NCBI GenBank assembly: GCA_035938875.1
Contig: DASZGL010000041.1
Coordinates: 3,341 to 67,340, forward strand
Reading direction: 5' to 3'
Length of the DNA stretch: 64,000 nt
Origin: Candidatus Dormiibacterota bacterium
GTDB taxonomy: Bacteria; Chloroflexota; Dormibacteria; Aeolococcales; Aeolococcaceae
The notes beneath the pieces were generated by a model that saw only the letters and a program-made list of their open reading frames with translations, searched no databases and was not told where the DNA came from. The position numbers were made by a program, and so were the translations under genes. Below are positions 30,401-37,973 of this stretch, piece after piece (within the stretch, counting starts at the first letter, position 1; every line of letters starts with the position of its first letter).

Positions 30401-31165
30401 GTGCCGGCCCTCACCATCCATCTCAGCTATCCCCTGGCCTTGCTGGCCGGACTGGTGTCGTTCCTCTCACCCTGTGTCTTCCCGCTGGCGCCGGCGTACC
30501 TCGCCTACCTCGGTGGTCGCGCCGGTGAGCCGGTGCTGGTGGCCGCCGGCGGGGGCACCGCAGTCCTCGCCGGCGACGGCGACGCGGCGCTGCGCCGGGT
30601 CAACATCGTGGCCAACGGCATCGCCTTCGTCCTCGGCTTCAGCGCGGTGTTCATCACCTTCTTCTACGTGTTCACGGCGCTCAACGTGACCCTGTTCGTC
30701 AACCATCGCCACGCCATCACCGTGGCCGCGGGCGTCATCGTGCTGGTGCTCGGTCTGCAGACGCTGGGTCTGTTCCGCATCGGCTGGCTGATGCGCGAGC
30801 GCAGGATGCACATCGCGCCGCGCGGCTTCGGCCTGGCACCGTCGTTCGCACTCGGCGTCTCCTTCGCCGCGGGCTGGACACCGTGCATCGGGCCGCAGCT
30901 GGGCAGCATCCTCAACGTCGCCCAGCAGGGCGATTTCGCCGGGCTTCCAGTGATGGTCATCTACTGCCTCGGCCTCGCCGTCCCCTTCCTGCTCATGGCG
31001 GCGCTGACCGATCGCCTGCAGCCGGTGGTGCGCGCCGTCAATCGCCACATGGGCGCCATCAACCTGGTGGCCGGCTGCCTGCTGCTCCTCTTCGGGCTAC
31101 TGCTGGTCAGCGATCGGTTCACCTACTTCAACGGTCTCTCGCCGCAATCGCCCTTCGACCTGTGA
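30401..31165 (+). CDS. ccdA: cytochrome c biogenesis / thiol-disulfide electron transfer membrane protein CcdA (DsbD-beta family)
   Basis: LVSFLSPCVFPLAPAYLAYLGG and FAAGWTPCIGPQLG are the two conserved Cys motifs. Confidence 0.8.
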   Translation: MPALTIHLSYPLALLAGLVSFLSPCVFPLAPAYLAYLGGRAGEPVLVAAGGGTAVLAGDGDAALRRVNIVANGIAFVLGFSAVFITFFYVFTALNVTLFVNHRHAITVAAGVIVLVLGLQTLGLFRIGWLMRERRMHIAPRGFGLAPSFALGVSFAAGWTPCIGPQLGSILNVAQQGDFAGLPVMVIYCLGLAVPFLLMAALTDRLQPVVRAVNRHMGAINLVAGCLLLLFGLLLVSDRFTYFNGLSPQSPFDL

Positions 31166-31410
31166 ACGACATCCCCCGTCCCGTTGTGCGAACCCTCGAC
31201 CTGCGCGGCGTCGCCTGTCCGCTCAATTACGTCAAGGCGCGCGTCGCCCTGGACCGCGTGTCACCGGGCGAGAGCATCGAGCTGTGGATCGACCACGGCG
31301 AGCCCGAGGAGAACGTGCCGCGATCGTGCGAGGAGGACGGCTACCCGGTGCTCCTCGTCGAGGACGCACCCGAGGGACACGTCAGGATGCTGGTGCAGCG
31401 TCCTGCGTAG
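31162..31410 (+). CDS. TusA/SirA-like sulfur-carrier protein
   Basis: 82 aa with LDLRGVACPLNYVKARVAL (CPxN/P active-site motif). GTG overlaps the ccdA stop (GTGA). Confidence 0.75.
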   Translation: MNDIPRPVVRTLDLRGVACPLNYVKARVALDRVSPGESIELWIDHGEPEENVPRSCEEDGYPVLLVEDAPEGHVRMLVQRPA

Positions 31411-32968
31411 ACGCGCCGTCATCGGCGCCGCCGGCTGCGCCGGCCAGCGGCAACCAGACCACCACCGTCGTGCCGCCGCCCTCGCGACTGTCGATGGCGA
31501 CGTCGCCTCCCTGGGCGCGGGCTAGACCCTGCACGATGCTGAGGCCCAGGCCGCTGCCACCCTCCTCGCGCGCCCTGGTCTTCTCACCCCGGTAGAAACG
31601 CTCGAAGATGTGGGGCAGGTCGGCCGCAGGGATCCCCGGACCCTGGTCGTTGACGGTGAAACTCGCCCGGCCGTCGTCGCGCGCGGTCGACCACCGCTGC
31701 ACGGCGCCGGGCGCGTATTTGCAGGCATTGACCAGAAGGTTGCGCGCCATGGTGGTCAGGGCATCCTGGTCGGCGGTGACCAGCAGTTGCCCGCCGACGA
31801 ACTGACGCTCGAGCTGCAGGGGCATGCCGGGAACACCGTCGTCGAGGACGGCGGCGAGCACGGCATTGAGGTCGATGGTCGACGGCGCCAGCTGCCGCTG
31901 CGCATCGATGCGTGCCAGGGTGAGCAGGTCGAGGATGAGCAGGCGCATGCGCTCCGCCTCGCGCGCCATGGTGGCCAGCGCCCCTTCCAGCGCCTCGGGC
32001 TCGCGCGACGCGCCGCGACGGAGGACGTCGATGTACCCCTTGAGCGCGGTGACCGGGGTGCGCAGCTCGTGGGAGGCGTCGGCGATGAACCGCCGCATCC
32101 GCGCCTCGCTCTCTCCCTGGGCGACGAACAGCGCCTCGAGGCGCTCGGCCATGTCGTCGAAGCTGTGTGCCAGAGCGCCGATTTCATCGCTGCGCGGCCC
32201 GAGCCGGCTGCGGGCCCGCAGGTCGCCGCCGGCTAGCTGCCGTGAGGTCTCGGTGAGACGGCGCAACGGGGTCAGCGCCCGCCCGGTGAGCAGCAGCCCG
32301 AGCACGAGCGCGAGGAGAAGCACCGCACCACCGCCGAGTCCGAGCACAAATCGCTCGCGGGAGAGGGTGTCGTCGATGGGCGACGTCGACGTCGACAGCT
32401 GCACGGCGCCGCAGGCGCGGTCGACGCCCTGCACCGGATAGGCGATGGCGAGCTCGGTACCACCTGGACCGTCGACGAACTGCGCCGGGCTGCGCCTCCC
32501 GGCGATCGCCTCATGCAGCGCCGATGAGTCGACGCGGGGGATGTCGGAGAGCTGCGCCTCCGGGTTGTGGCCGACGGCGTTGAGGTTGTGGTCGTAGACG
32601 ATGACTGACACGGTGCGTCCCGACACGGTGTGCACACGCTCGGCGAGCGTGCTCGCCGCGAAGGTCGTCGTCAGCGACGCCGCGAGCCCTGTCCTGTTGC
32701 CGCACAGCGCGTCGCGAAGGGTGGCGTAGTCGATGTTGACGCTGCGCGACGGCTGGCCGGCGATGGCGGGAATGGTCACCCGCCCGCTGAGGCGCGACGC
32801 CTCGGCGATGTCGCCGTCGAGCGATGCGGCACGGACGTTGACCAGGTTGCGCTGCAGCTCAAGGTACTGGAAGGCGCCCAGGCCGGCGAGCAGCACGGCG
32901 ATGAGAGCCACGTACACGAGCGTCAGCCGCCAGCGCAGGCTGCCCAGCGCGGTGCGCAGACGGCGCAC
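31382..32968 (-). CDS. sensor histidine kinase (TM-sensor-TM, HAMP, HisKA, HATPase_c)
   Basis: H-box FIADASHELRTPVTAL plus N and G boxes (LLVNACKYAP, GSGLGLSIV). GTG start lies 18 nt after the regulator stop. Confidence 0.85.
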   Translation of the reverse strand: MRRLRTALGSLRWRLTLVYVALIAVLLAGLGAFQYLELQRNLVNVRAASLDGDIAEASRLSGRVTIPAIAGQPSRSVNIDYATLRDALCGNRTGLAASLTTTFAASTLAERVHTVSGRTVSVIVYDHNLNAVGHNPEAQLSDIPRVDSSALHEAIAGRRSPAQFVDGPGGTELAIAYPVQGVDRACGAVQLSTSTSPIDDTLSRERFVLGLGGGAVLLLALVLGLLLTGRALTPLRRLTETSRQLAGGDLRARSRLGPRSDEIGALAHSFDDMAERLEALFVAQGESEARMRRFIADASHELRTPVTALKGYIDVLRRGASREPEALEGALATMAREAERMRLLILDLLTLARIDAQRQLAPSTIDLNAVLAAVLDDGVPGMPLQLERQFVGGQLLVTADQDALTTMARNLLVNACKYAPGAVQRWSTARDDGRASFTVNDQGPGIPAADLPHIFERFYRGEKTRAREEGGSGLGLSIVQGLARAQGGDVAIDSREGGGTTVVVWLPLAGAAGGADDGASTQDAAPAS

Positions 32969-32986
32969 GAAGCCGCGCGTCTTGGT

Positions 32987-33757
32987 CTATGCCTCCCTAG
33001 CCGGGGTCCCCGCGGATTCGCGGTGGTCGGGTGCGGAATCCGTGGGGTGGTCCGCCGCCGAGTGGTCCGTCGCTACGGTGTTGGTGCGCAGCCGGTAGCC
33101 GACGCCGCGCACGGTCTGGATGCGCTGGTGATCGGCATCACCGAGCTTGTTGCGCAGGTACCGGATGTACACCTCGACGTTGTTCTCGTCGCCGAAGAAG
33201 TTGTATCCCCAGACCTCGTCGAGGAGGCGCTGGCGGGGAAGCACCTGGTCGGCGTTGAGCATGAGGAAGTGCAGCAGGTCGTACTCGCGCACGCTCAGCT
33301 CGACGAGCCGCGCGCCGACGCGTACCTCGCGAGTGGCGGTGTCGATGCTGACGTCACCGGCGCGCACAACGCGCTGTAGGTCGGGCTGCCGCCGGCGCAG
33401 CACGGCGCGGACGCGGGCAAGAAGCTCGCCGAACTCGAAGGGTTTGACGAGGTAGTCATCGGCGCCGAGCTCGAGCCCCTCGATGCGGTCGTTGGTCTCG
33501 TCACGGGCGCTGAGGATGATGATCCCGCGGTTGCGTTCTCCGCTCAGGGCACGGCACAGCTCCCAGCCGTCCATCCGCGGCATCATCAGGTCGAGGATGA
33601 CCAGCTGCGGCTTGAAGTCGTCGACGACGCGCAGGGCGGCATGGCCGTCCGCCGCAGTGCGCACCATGAAACCCTCGTGGCGCAGACCGAGGGCGATGAA
33701 GTCAGTGATGCTCGCCTCGTCGTCGACGACGAGGACGCGCACCGGGTCGCTGCTCAC
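32987..33757 (-). CDS. OmpR/PhoB-family response regulator
   Basis: Receiver domain (VLVVDDE...ILDLMMPRMDG...KPF) and winged-helix output (VRGVGYRL), with a C-terminal extension of about 30 aa. Confidence 0.9.
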   Translation of the reverse strand: MSSDPVRVLVVDDEASITDFIALGLRHEGFMVRTAADGHAALRVVDDFKPQLVILDLMMPRMDGWELCRALSGERNRGIIILSARDETNDRIEGLELGADDYLVKPFEFGELLARVRAVLRRRQPDLQRVVRAGDVSIDTATREVRVGARLVELSVREYDLLHFLMLNADQVLPRQRLLDEVWGYNFFGDENNVEVYIRYLRNKLGDADHQRIQTVRGVGYRLRTNTVATDHSAADHPTDSAPDHRESAGTPAREA

Positions 33758-33763
33758 CGACCG

Positions 33764-33769
33764 AGTATA
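33764..33769 (-). promoter_or_regulatory. candidate -10 box (TATACT) giving a leaderless transcript for the response regulator
   Basis: TATACT on the minus strand ends 6 nt before GTG 33757. No SD fits in between. No good -35. Confidence 0.3.
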
Positions 33770-33845
33770 TGCACGCCTCGTCGCCGCGACGGCACCGGAC
33801 GTCGAGTTCTCATCGACTTCTCAACTCGGCGCAGCCCCGCTGTTA

Positions 33846-35222
33846 TCAGGGCGTGACAGGCTCGACGCGGAGCACTCCCGACACGTGCGCCGGTGCCACC
33901 TGCCGTGCCGGCCCACCGCCACCGGCGAGATCGAGCTGGAGCAGGTCGCCGTCGGCGGCCGCCCAGAGCAAGCGCCCATCAGGGCTCAATGCCATGCCGA
34001 AGACGGCGCGACCACCGAAGAGCTCGCGCTGCAGGTGAAGCGTCGCGGTGTCGATGACCAGCACCGAAGCGTCGGCGACGCCGTAAAGCGTGGCACCGTC
34101 GGGGCTCAGCCTGGCACCGCCGAGCACGGTGCGCTTTGCCTGGGCGTCGACGACGCCACCGAAGCTGCCGAAGAAGCTCGCCGGTGTCGCCTGCGGAGTC
34201 GAAGCCGGCGTCACCGTCGCCTGACGGGCGAGGTTCGGCCAGCCGGAGGTGTCGATGACGGCGATGCTGCCAAGGGCGCCGTTGACCGCGTACAGGCGGT
34301 TGTGCGCCGAATCGAGCGCCAGTGACCAGAGCAGCTCCAGCTCCTGGTCGCCGGTGTTGCGGTTGTTGCCAGTGGGCAGGTCGATGCACGCGGCGACGCC
34401 GTGTTCGAGGTCGAGCGCGTGCACCACCGGACCGCGCTCACCGAAGGCGTACACCGTGTACTGCCATGTGCCGTCTGCGGAGTTGACATGCGCGATCGCG
34501 GTACCGCTCATGGTCACTTCGCTCGGTGACTGCTTGTCGACGATGACCGTCGGGTCGAGCTGCGCGGCGGACATGTCGTAGCGGCGGACGTGATACCCGA
34601 TGCCGCCCGTGGCGCCCTGACCCAGGTTCTCGAGCAGGTAGAGATTGCGACCGCTGTTGCTGATCCCGTCGAAGAGAAAGTCGCCTGAGAGGATGACGCG
34701 GCGTGGCGCTGACGCGTACGTGGTGTCGACCACCACGAATTTGGTGGTCACCTGCGGTGTGCCACTGCGGTCGGTTCCGTCGAGGACCAGCCAATGACCG
34801 TCAGGCGAGAGTCCCCCGCGCTGAATACCCACATAGGGCAGCGAGTAATTGACGTCGAACACCTGACTGTGCAGCAGCGCACCAGTGTGCCCATCGATGA
34901 CATGGAGCGCCCAGCCGCCCGGCGCCTGCGCGACCGTGTACAACCGCGAGAAGTCGGGCGAGAAGACGCCGTCGGGCATGGTGATCGCCGCCTTGCGCGC
35001 GGCGGCGTCGACGATGGTGACCCCGCTGTCCGGCGTGCCGTCGGCGAAAACCCACACGCGATAGGGAACCGCCGGTGCTGCAGGTGGCGTCGCCGTCGCC
35101 GTGGCCGCCGGCTTCGAGCCCTGCGGCACAGGCGTCGGCGACAGGGCGATGGTCGCGGCCTTGCTCCCGCAGGCAACAACGGTGGCGGCCACGAGGATGA
35201 GCAGCGGACGTCGCACGCGCAT
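33846..35222 (-). CDS. beta-propeller lipoprotein (YVTN/YncE-like repeats)
   Basis: ATG 35222 after a GGAGG SD gives MRVRRPLLILVAATVVAC-GS (lipobox). Repeated LY..(x)..G.(IV).VID-type blades (RLYAVNGALGSIAVIDTSG, TLYGVADASVLVIDTAT). Confidence 0.6.
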   Translation of the reverse strand: MRVRRPLLILVAATVVACGSKAATIALSPTPVPQGSKPAATATATPPAAPAVPYRVWVFADGTPDSGVTIVDAAARKAAITMPDGVFSPDFSRLYTVAQAPGGWALHVIDGHTGALLHSQVFDVNYSLPYVGIQRGGLSPDGHWLVLDGTDRSGTPQVTTKFVVVDTTYASAPRRVILSGDFLFDGISNSGRNLYLLENLGQGATGGIGYHVRRYDMSAAQLDPTVIVDKQSPSEVTMSGTAIAHVNSADGTWQYTVYAFGERGPVVHALDLEHGVAACIDLPTGNNRNTGDQELELLWSLALDSAHNRLYAVNGALGSIAVIDTSGWPNLARQATVTPASTPQATPASFFGSFGGVVDAQAKRTVLGGARLSPDGATLYGVADASVLVIDTATLHLQRELFGGRAVFGMALSPDGRLLWAAADGDLLQLDLAGGGGPARQVAPAHVSGVLRVEPVTP

Positions 35223-35290
35223 GGTGTAGTACCTCCACCGCATCTACACCGCCGCGGTCACGCCGGTTCCCGACGCCGCTGCGCGTTCGG

Positions 35291-36097
35291 TCAACGCAAC
35301 GACTGAGCGATCGCCAGCGCCTGATCGCGCCCCAGGTTCGCCTCGACGCGGATGCTGACGTCGCCGCGCTCGAAGATCAGGGTGTTGCCGGCGAGACGCA
35401 CCTGATCGTTGACGACGGCGCCGCCGGCGTCCCTGTAGGCAAGCTCATGTGGCTGGCCGGCGATGAAGTACCCCGCGCCGCCGTTGACACTGACAGGCTC
35501 GACGGTGGCGTCGGGTCCGACGAACTTGTCGAGGAACTCGCTTGCCAGGGTGCCGCGCAGCTCGGTGACCAGCAGTCCCACGCCTGTCGTCGGTGCCTCG
35601 GGCAAGCCGCTGCGGGGCAGGTAGACCAGGGTGACGAACTGCACCGGCGGCGACGCGCGGAGGTAGACGGCATCGGGCTCGCCGAGCGAGGCGGGAACGG
35701 CGATGGGGAAGTCGACCGCAGCGCGCGCCTGGGCGAGGGTGAGCCGGCGGCCGAGGAGAAGTCGCGCGCCGAGCGACGGCGTCGAAGTGGACGACGGCTG
35801 CGGCCGCGGTGTGGGGTTCTGCTGAACCGGCTCGATGACGATGCCCCTGATCCCCAGCCAGTGCGCCACCGTGGTGCGAACCGGCGGGACGGCCCCGACC
35901 ATGATCGCCAGGGCGGCGAGCAGAGAGGTGGCCATGACCACCGGCCGTCGCTTCCACCAGGGTTGTGCCGGCACGCGCTGACGCACCTCGATTCCGGCGA
36001 GGCGCCCGGCGACGGCACCGGCCAGCGCCGGGGTCGGCGGATAGTCGAGGTGGGCGCCGAGATCGGCGAGCCGCGCTTCGAGGATCTGGTCACCCAT
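35291..36097 (-). CDS. putative anti-sigma factor / single-pass membrane protein
   Basis: ATG overlaps the ECF sigma stop by 8 nt. Short cytoplasmic N-terminus, one TM (VVMATSLLAALAIMVGAV), extracytoplasmic domain. No zinc-binding anti-sigma motif seen. Confidence 0.5.
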   Translation of the reverse strand: MGDQILEARLADLGAHLDYPPTPALAGAVAGRLAGIEVRQRVPAQPWWKRRPVVMATSLLAALAIMVGAVPPVRTTVAHWLGIRGIVIEPVQQNPTPRPQPSSTSTPSLGARLLLGRRLTLAQARAAVDFPIAVPASLGEPDAVYLRASPPVQFVTLVYLPRSGLPEAPTTGVGLLVTELRGTLASEFLDKFVGPDATVEPVSVNGGAGYFIAGQPHELAYRDAGGAVVNDQVRLAGNTLIFERGDVSIRVEANLGRDQALAIAQSLR

Positions 36098-36650
36098 CGG
36101 GCGTCCCCATGGCGAGGCGCAGCCGCGTCAGCGCACGCGAGAGGCGCGACTTGACCGTGCCCTGGCGACAACCAAGCGCGGTGGCGGTCTCCTCGACGCT
36201 CAGCTCGAGGAAGAAGCGGCAGGCGATCACCTCCCGATCCTCGTCCTTCAGCGAGCCGACGGCACGGAGGAGCGCGGTCCGCTCCTCCGCCACCTCGACT
36301 GCCCGCTCCGGGGATGGGGCCGCATCCCCGTCGGTGACAGCGTCGGCCACGCGAATGGCCAGCCCCTCGCGCCGGGTCGAAGCCCGCCGCCGGTTGCGAG
36401 CGGCATTGACCACGATGCGCAAAAGCCAGGGGCGAAGCGGCGACCCTGTCCGGAAGGAGGGCAGCGCCCGGTAGGCGGCGACGAATGCCTCCTGGGCCGC
36501 GTCCTCAGCGTCAGCCGCGGCGCCGGTGACCAGGTAGGCGGTGCGGAAGGCCAGGTCGGAATATCGCTGCACCAGCTCTCCATAGGCATCGCCGTCGCCG
36601 CGCCGCGCGCGCTCGACGAGTTCCGCCTCTTCCAGTGGACGGCCCTCCAC
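36090..36650 (-). CDS. ECF-type RNA polymerase sigma factor
   Basis: Region 2 (AAQEAFVAAYRALPSFR...RPWLLRIVVNAARN) and region 4 HTH (LSVEETATALGCRQGTVKSRLSRA). Confidence 0.85.
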   Translation of the reverse strand: MEGRPLEEAELVERARRGDGDAYGELVQRYSDLAFRTAYLVTGAAADAEDAAQEAFVAAYRALPSFRTGSPLRPWLLRIVVNAARNRRRASTRREGLAIRVADAVTDGDAAPSPERAVEVAEERTALLRAVGSLKDEDREVIACRFFLELSVEETATALGCRQGTVKSRLSRALTRLRLAMGTPDG

Positions 36651-36779
36651 GGGTTGTTGGCAGGTTCACCGACTGTGTACACCGGTGAGGCGGTGAGCGT
36701 TCCACAGGTGGGGCGCTCCGTGCCCCTGCGGCGAGCGCGCCGTGACCAGCGGGTAGACTGCCGCGATCGTGGTGAGCGA

Positions 36780-37571
36780 GTGAGCGCCGACGCGCCGCGC
36801 CGCATCGACTGCGGCCCTGGCTTCGGCGTGGCCGAGACTCATGCGCACACCCTGGCCAGCGACGGAATGGTCGACGCCGACGACCTGGTGAGCGCCGCCG
36901 CAGCCGCGGGGATCACCGTGCTCTGCATCACCGACCACGACACAACCGCAGCCCTCGACAAAGCCGTCGACCGCGGCGCGGCCCTCGGCGTCGAGGTGGT
37001 GCGTGGCGAGGAGGTCACCACCGCATGGCCCAGCGGCGTGCACGTCGTGGGGCTGTTCCTCGAGGGCCAGGTGCGCATGGGGTTGTCGGTTGAGGACACT
37101 GTTGACGCAATCCATGACCAGGGTGGCCTCGCCGTCCTGCCGCATCCCTTCATGCCCACCTACTTCGCCTCGATCTCCGCGCGCCGCGCGTCGCGCCTGC
37201 TGGAGAGCCACCGCGTCGAGGGCATCGAGCTGCGCCACACCGCGGTGATGGCCCCGTGGGGCTGGGGCGCGCTCGACGACTTCTACGCCGCGCACCGCGA
37301 GCGGCTCGGCGCCGCGCTCGGCGCCGGTGACAGCCACTTCGGCAGTCACGACCTGGGCCGTATGGTCACGGTCTTCCCCGGCCGCACCGCCGCGGACCTG
37401 CGCCGCGCCATCGAGGAGCGCACCACCTCGCCGCGCCGGGGCATCACCCCGACCCCGCCCCCGCTGCGCATGCGCCTCGCCCAGCAGCAGCGAGCGCTGC
37501 TCTGGCTCCCCCGCGAGCGCCGCGCCGGCCGGGTCGGCGGCGGCGCCGGCCGTGCCGGGGCGGACGCGTAG
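36780..37571 (+). CDS. PHP-domain metal-dependent phosphoesterase
   Basis: HAHTLASDG start motif, ITDHDT, LPHPF. Start uncertain: GTG 36780 is chosen, while the ORF-track start at 36654 abuts the divergent sigma gene. Confidence 0.7.
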   Translation: MSADAPRRIDCGPGFGVAETHAHTLASDGMVDADDLVSAAAAAGITVLCITDHDTTAALDKAVDRGAALGVEVVRGEEVTTAWPSGVHVVGLFLEGQVRMGLSVEDTVDAIHDQGGLAVLPHPFMPTYFASISARRASRLLESHRVEGIELRHTAVMAPWGWGALDDFYAAHRERLGAALGAGDSHFGSHDLGRMVTVFPGRTAADLRRAIEERTTSPRRGITPTPPPLRMRLAQQQRALLWLPRERRAGRVGGGAGRAGADA

Positions 37572-37600
37572 CCGACGCTACAATCGGTGCCCCCGAGCGT

Positions 37601-37676
37601 GCCCGCTTAGCTCAGTTGGTAGAGCAGGGGACTCTTAATCCCTTGGTCACAGGTTCGAGTCCTGTAGCGGGTACCA
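37601..37676 (+). tRNA. tRNA-Lys (anticodon CTT), CCA encoded
   Basis: Cloverleaf folded by hand: acceptor GCCCGCT/AGCGGGT (G1-U72), D arm GCTC-AGTTGGTA-GAGC, anticodon stem GGGGA/TCCCT with loop CT-CTT-AA, 5-nt variable loop, T arm ACAGG-TTCGAGT-CCTGT, then A-CCA. Confidence 0.9.
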
Positions 37677-37682
37677 GCGCTC

Positions 37683-37950
37683 TGTGCAAGTTCGGCTGAT
37701 GGGGACAAAACGCCTTCGGCTGATGCTTGAAAGTGTTTCGGTTGATGGTTGACAGCCACTTCGGCTGATTCTTGACACTCCCTCAATGAGGGAGATCAGC
37801 GTGGCGGAACAGCGGTATCAGGCAGTTTTGGCAGTGGTTGGAGAGGGGCGGACGGTCTGCGAGGTCGCACACGAAGATTCAGCGTTCCAGGACGGTTCCT
37901 CTAGCCCATGCCCAGAGCCGGCGTGCCGGGGGTACCCTTAGCCGACGGGT
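37683..37950 (+). mobile_element. decayed left end of an IS481/rve-type transposable element (terminal TGTG, subterminal repeats, truncated transposase N-terminus)
   Basis: Starts TGTGCAAG 7 nt after the tRNA. A hairpin CTCCCTC-aat-GAGGGAG (37778-37794) covers the SD of a GTG 37801 ORF, VAEQRYQAVLAVVGEGRTVCEVA, which resembles the HTH N-terminus of IS481-type transposases (recalled from memory). The frame then decays and no DDE domain follows. Confidence 0.5.
37691..37771 (+). repeat. four direct repeats TTCGG(C/T)TGAT at 22-24 nt spacing
   Basis: Copies start at 37691, 37715, 37737 and 37760. The last three continue as (G/T)NTTGA(A/C)A, with TTGACA at 37749 and 37772. Confidence 0.75.
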
Positions 37951-37973
37951 ACTGTGCATTTGCCGGGGGGCGG

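Noticed and set aside
37691-37771. Possible CRISPR array, considered for the four TTCGGCTGAT repeats, the 90-bp repeats at 54709-55023 and the 67-bp repeats at 61639-61766.
   Set aside because: The repeats and spacers are far too short or too few. The 54.7-kb set is in-frame coding sequence, and the 61.6-kb set is a 2-copy tandem with no unique spacers. No cas genes are in the window.
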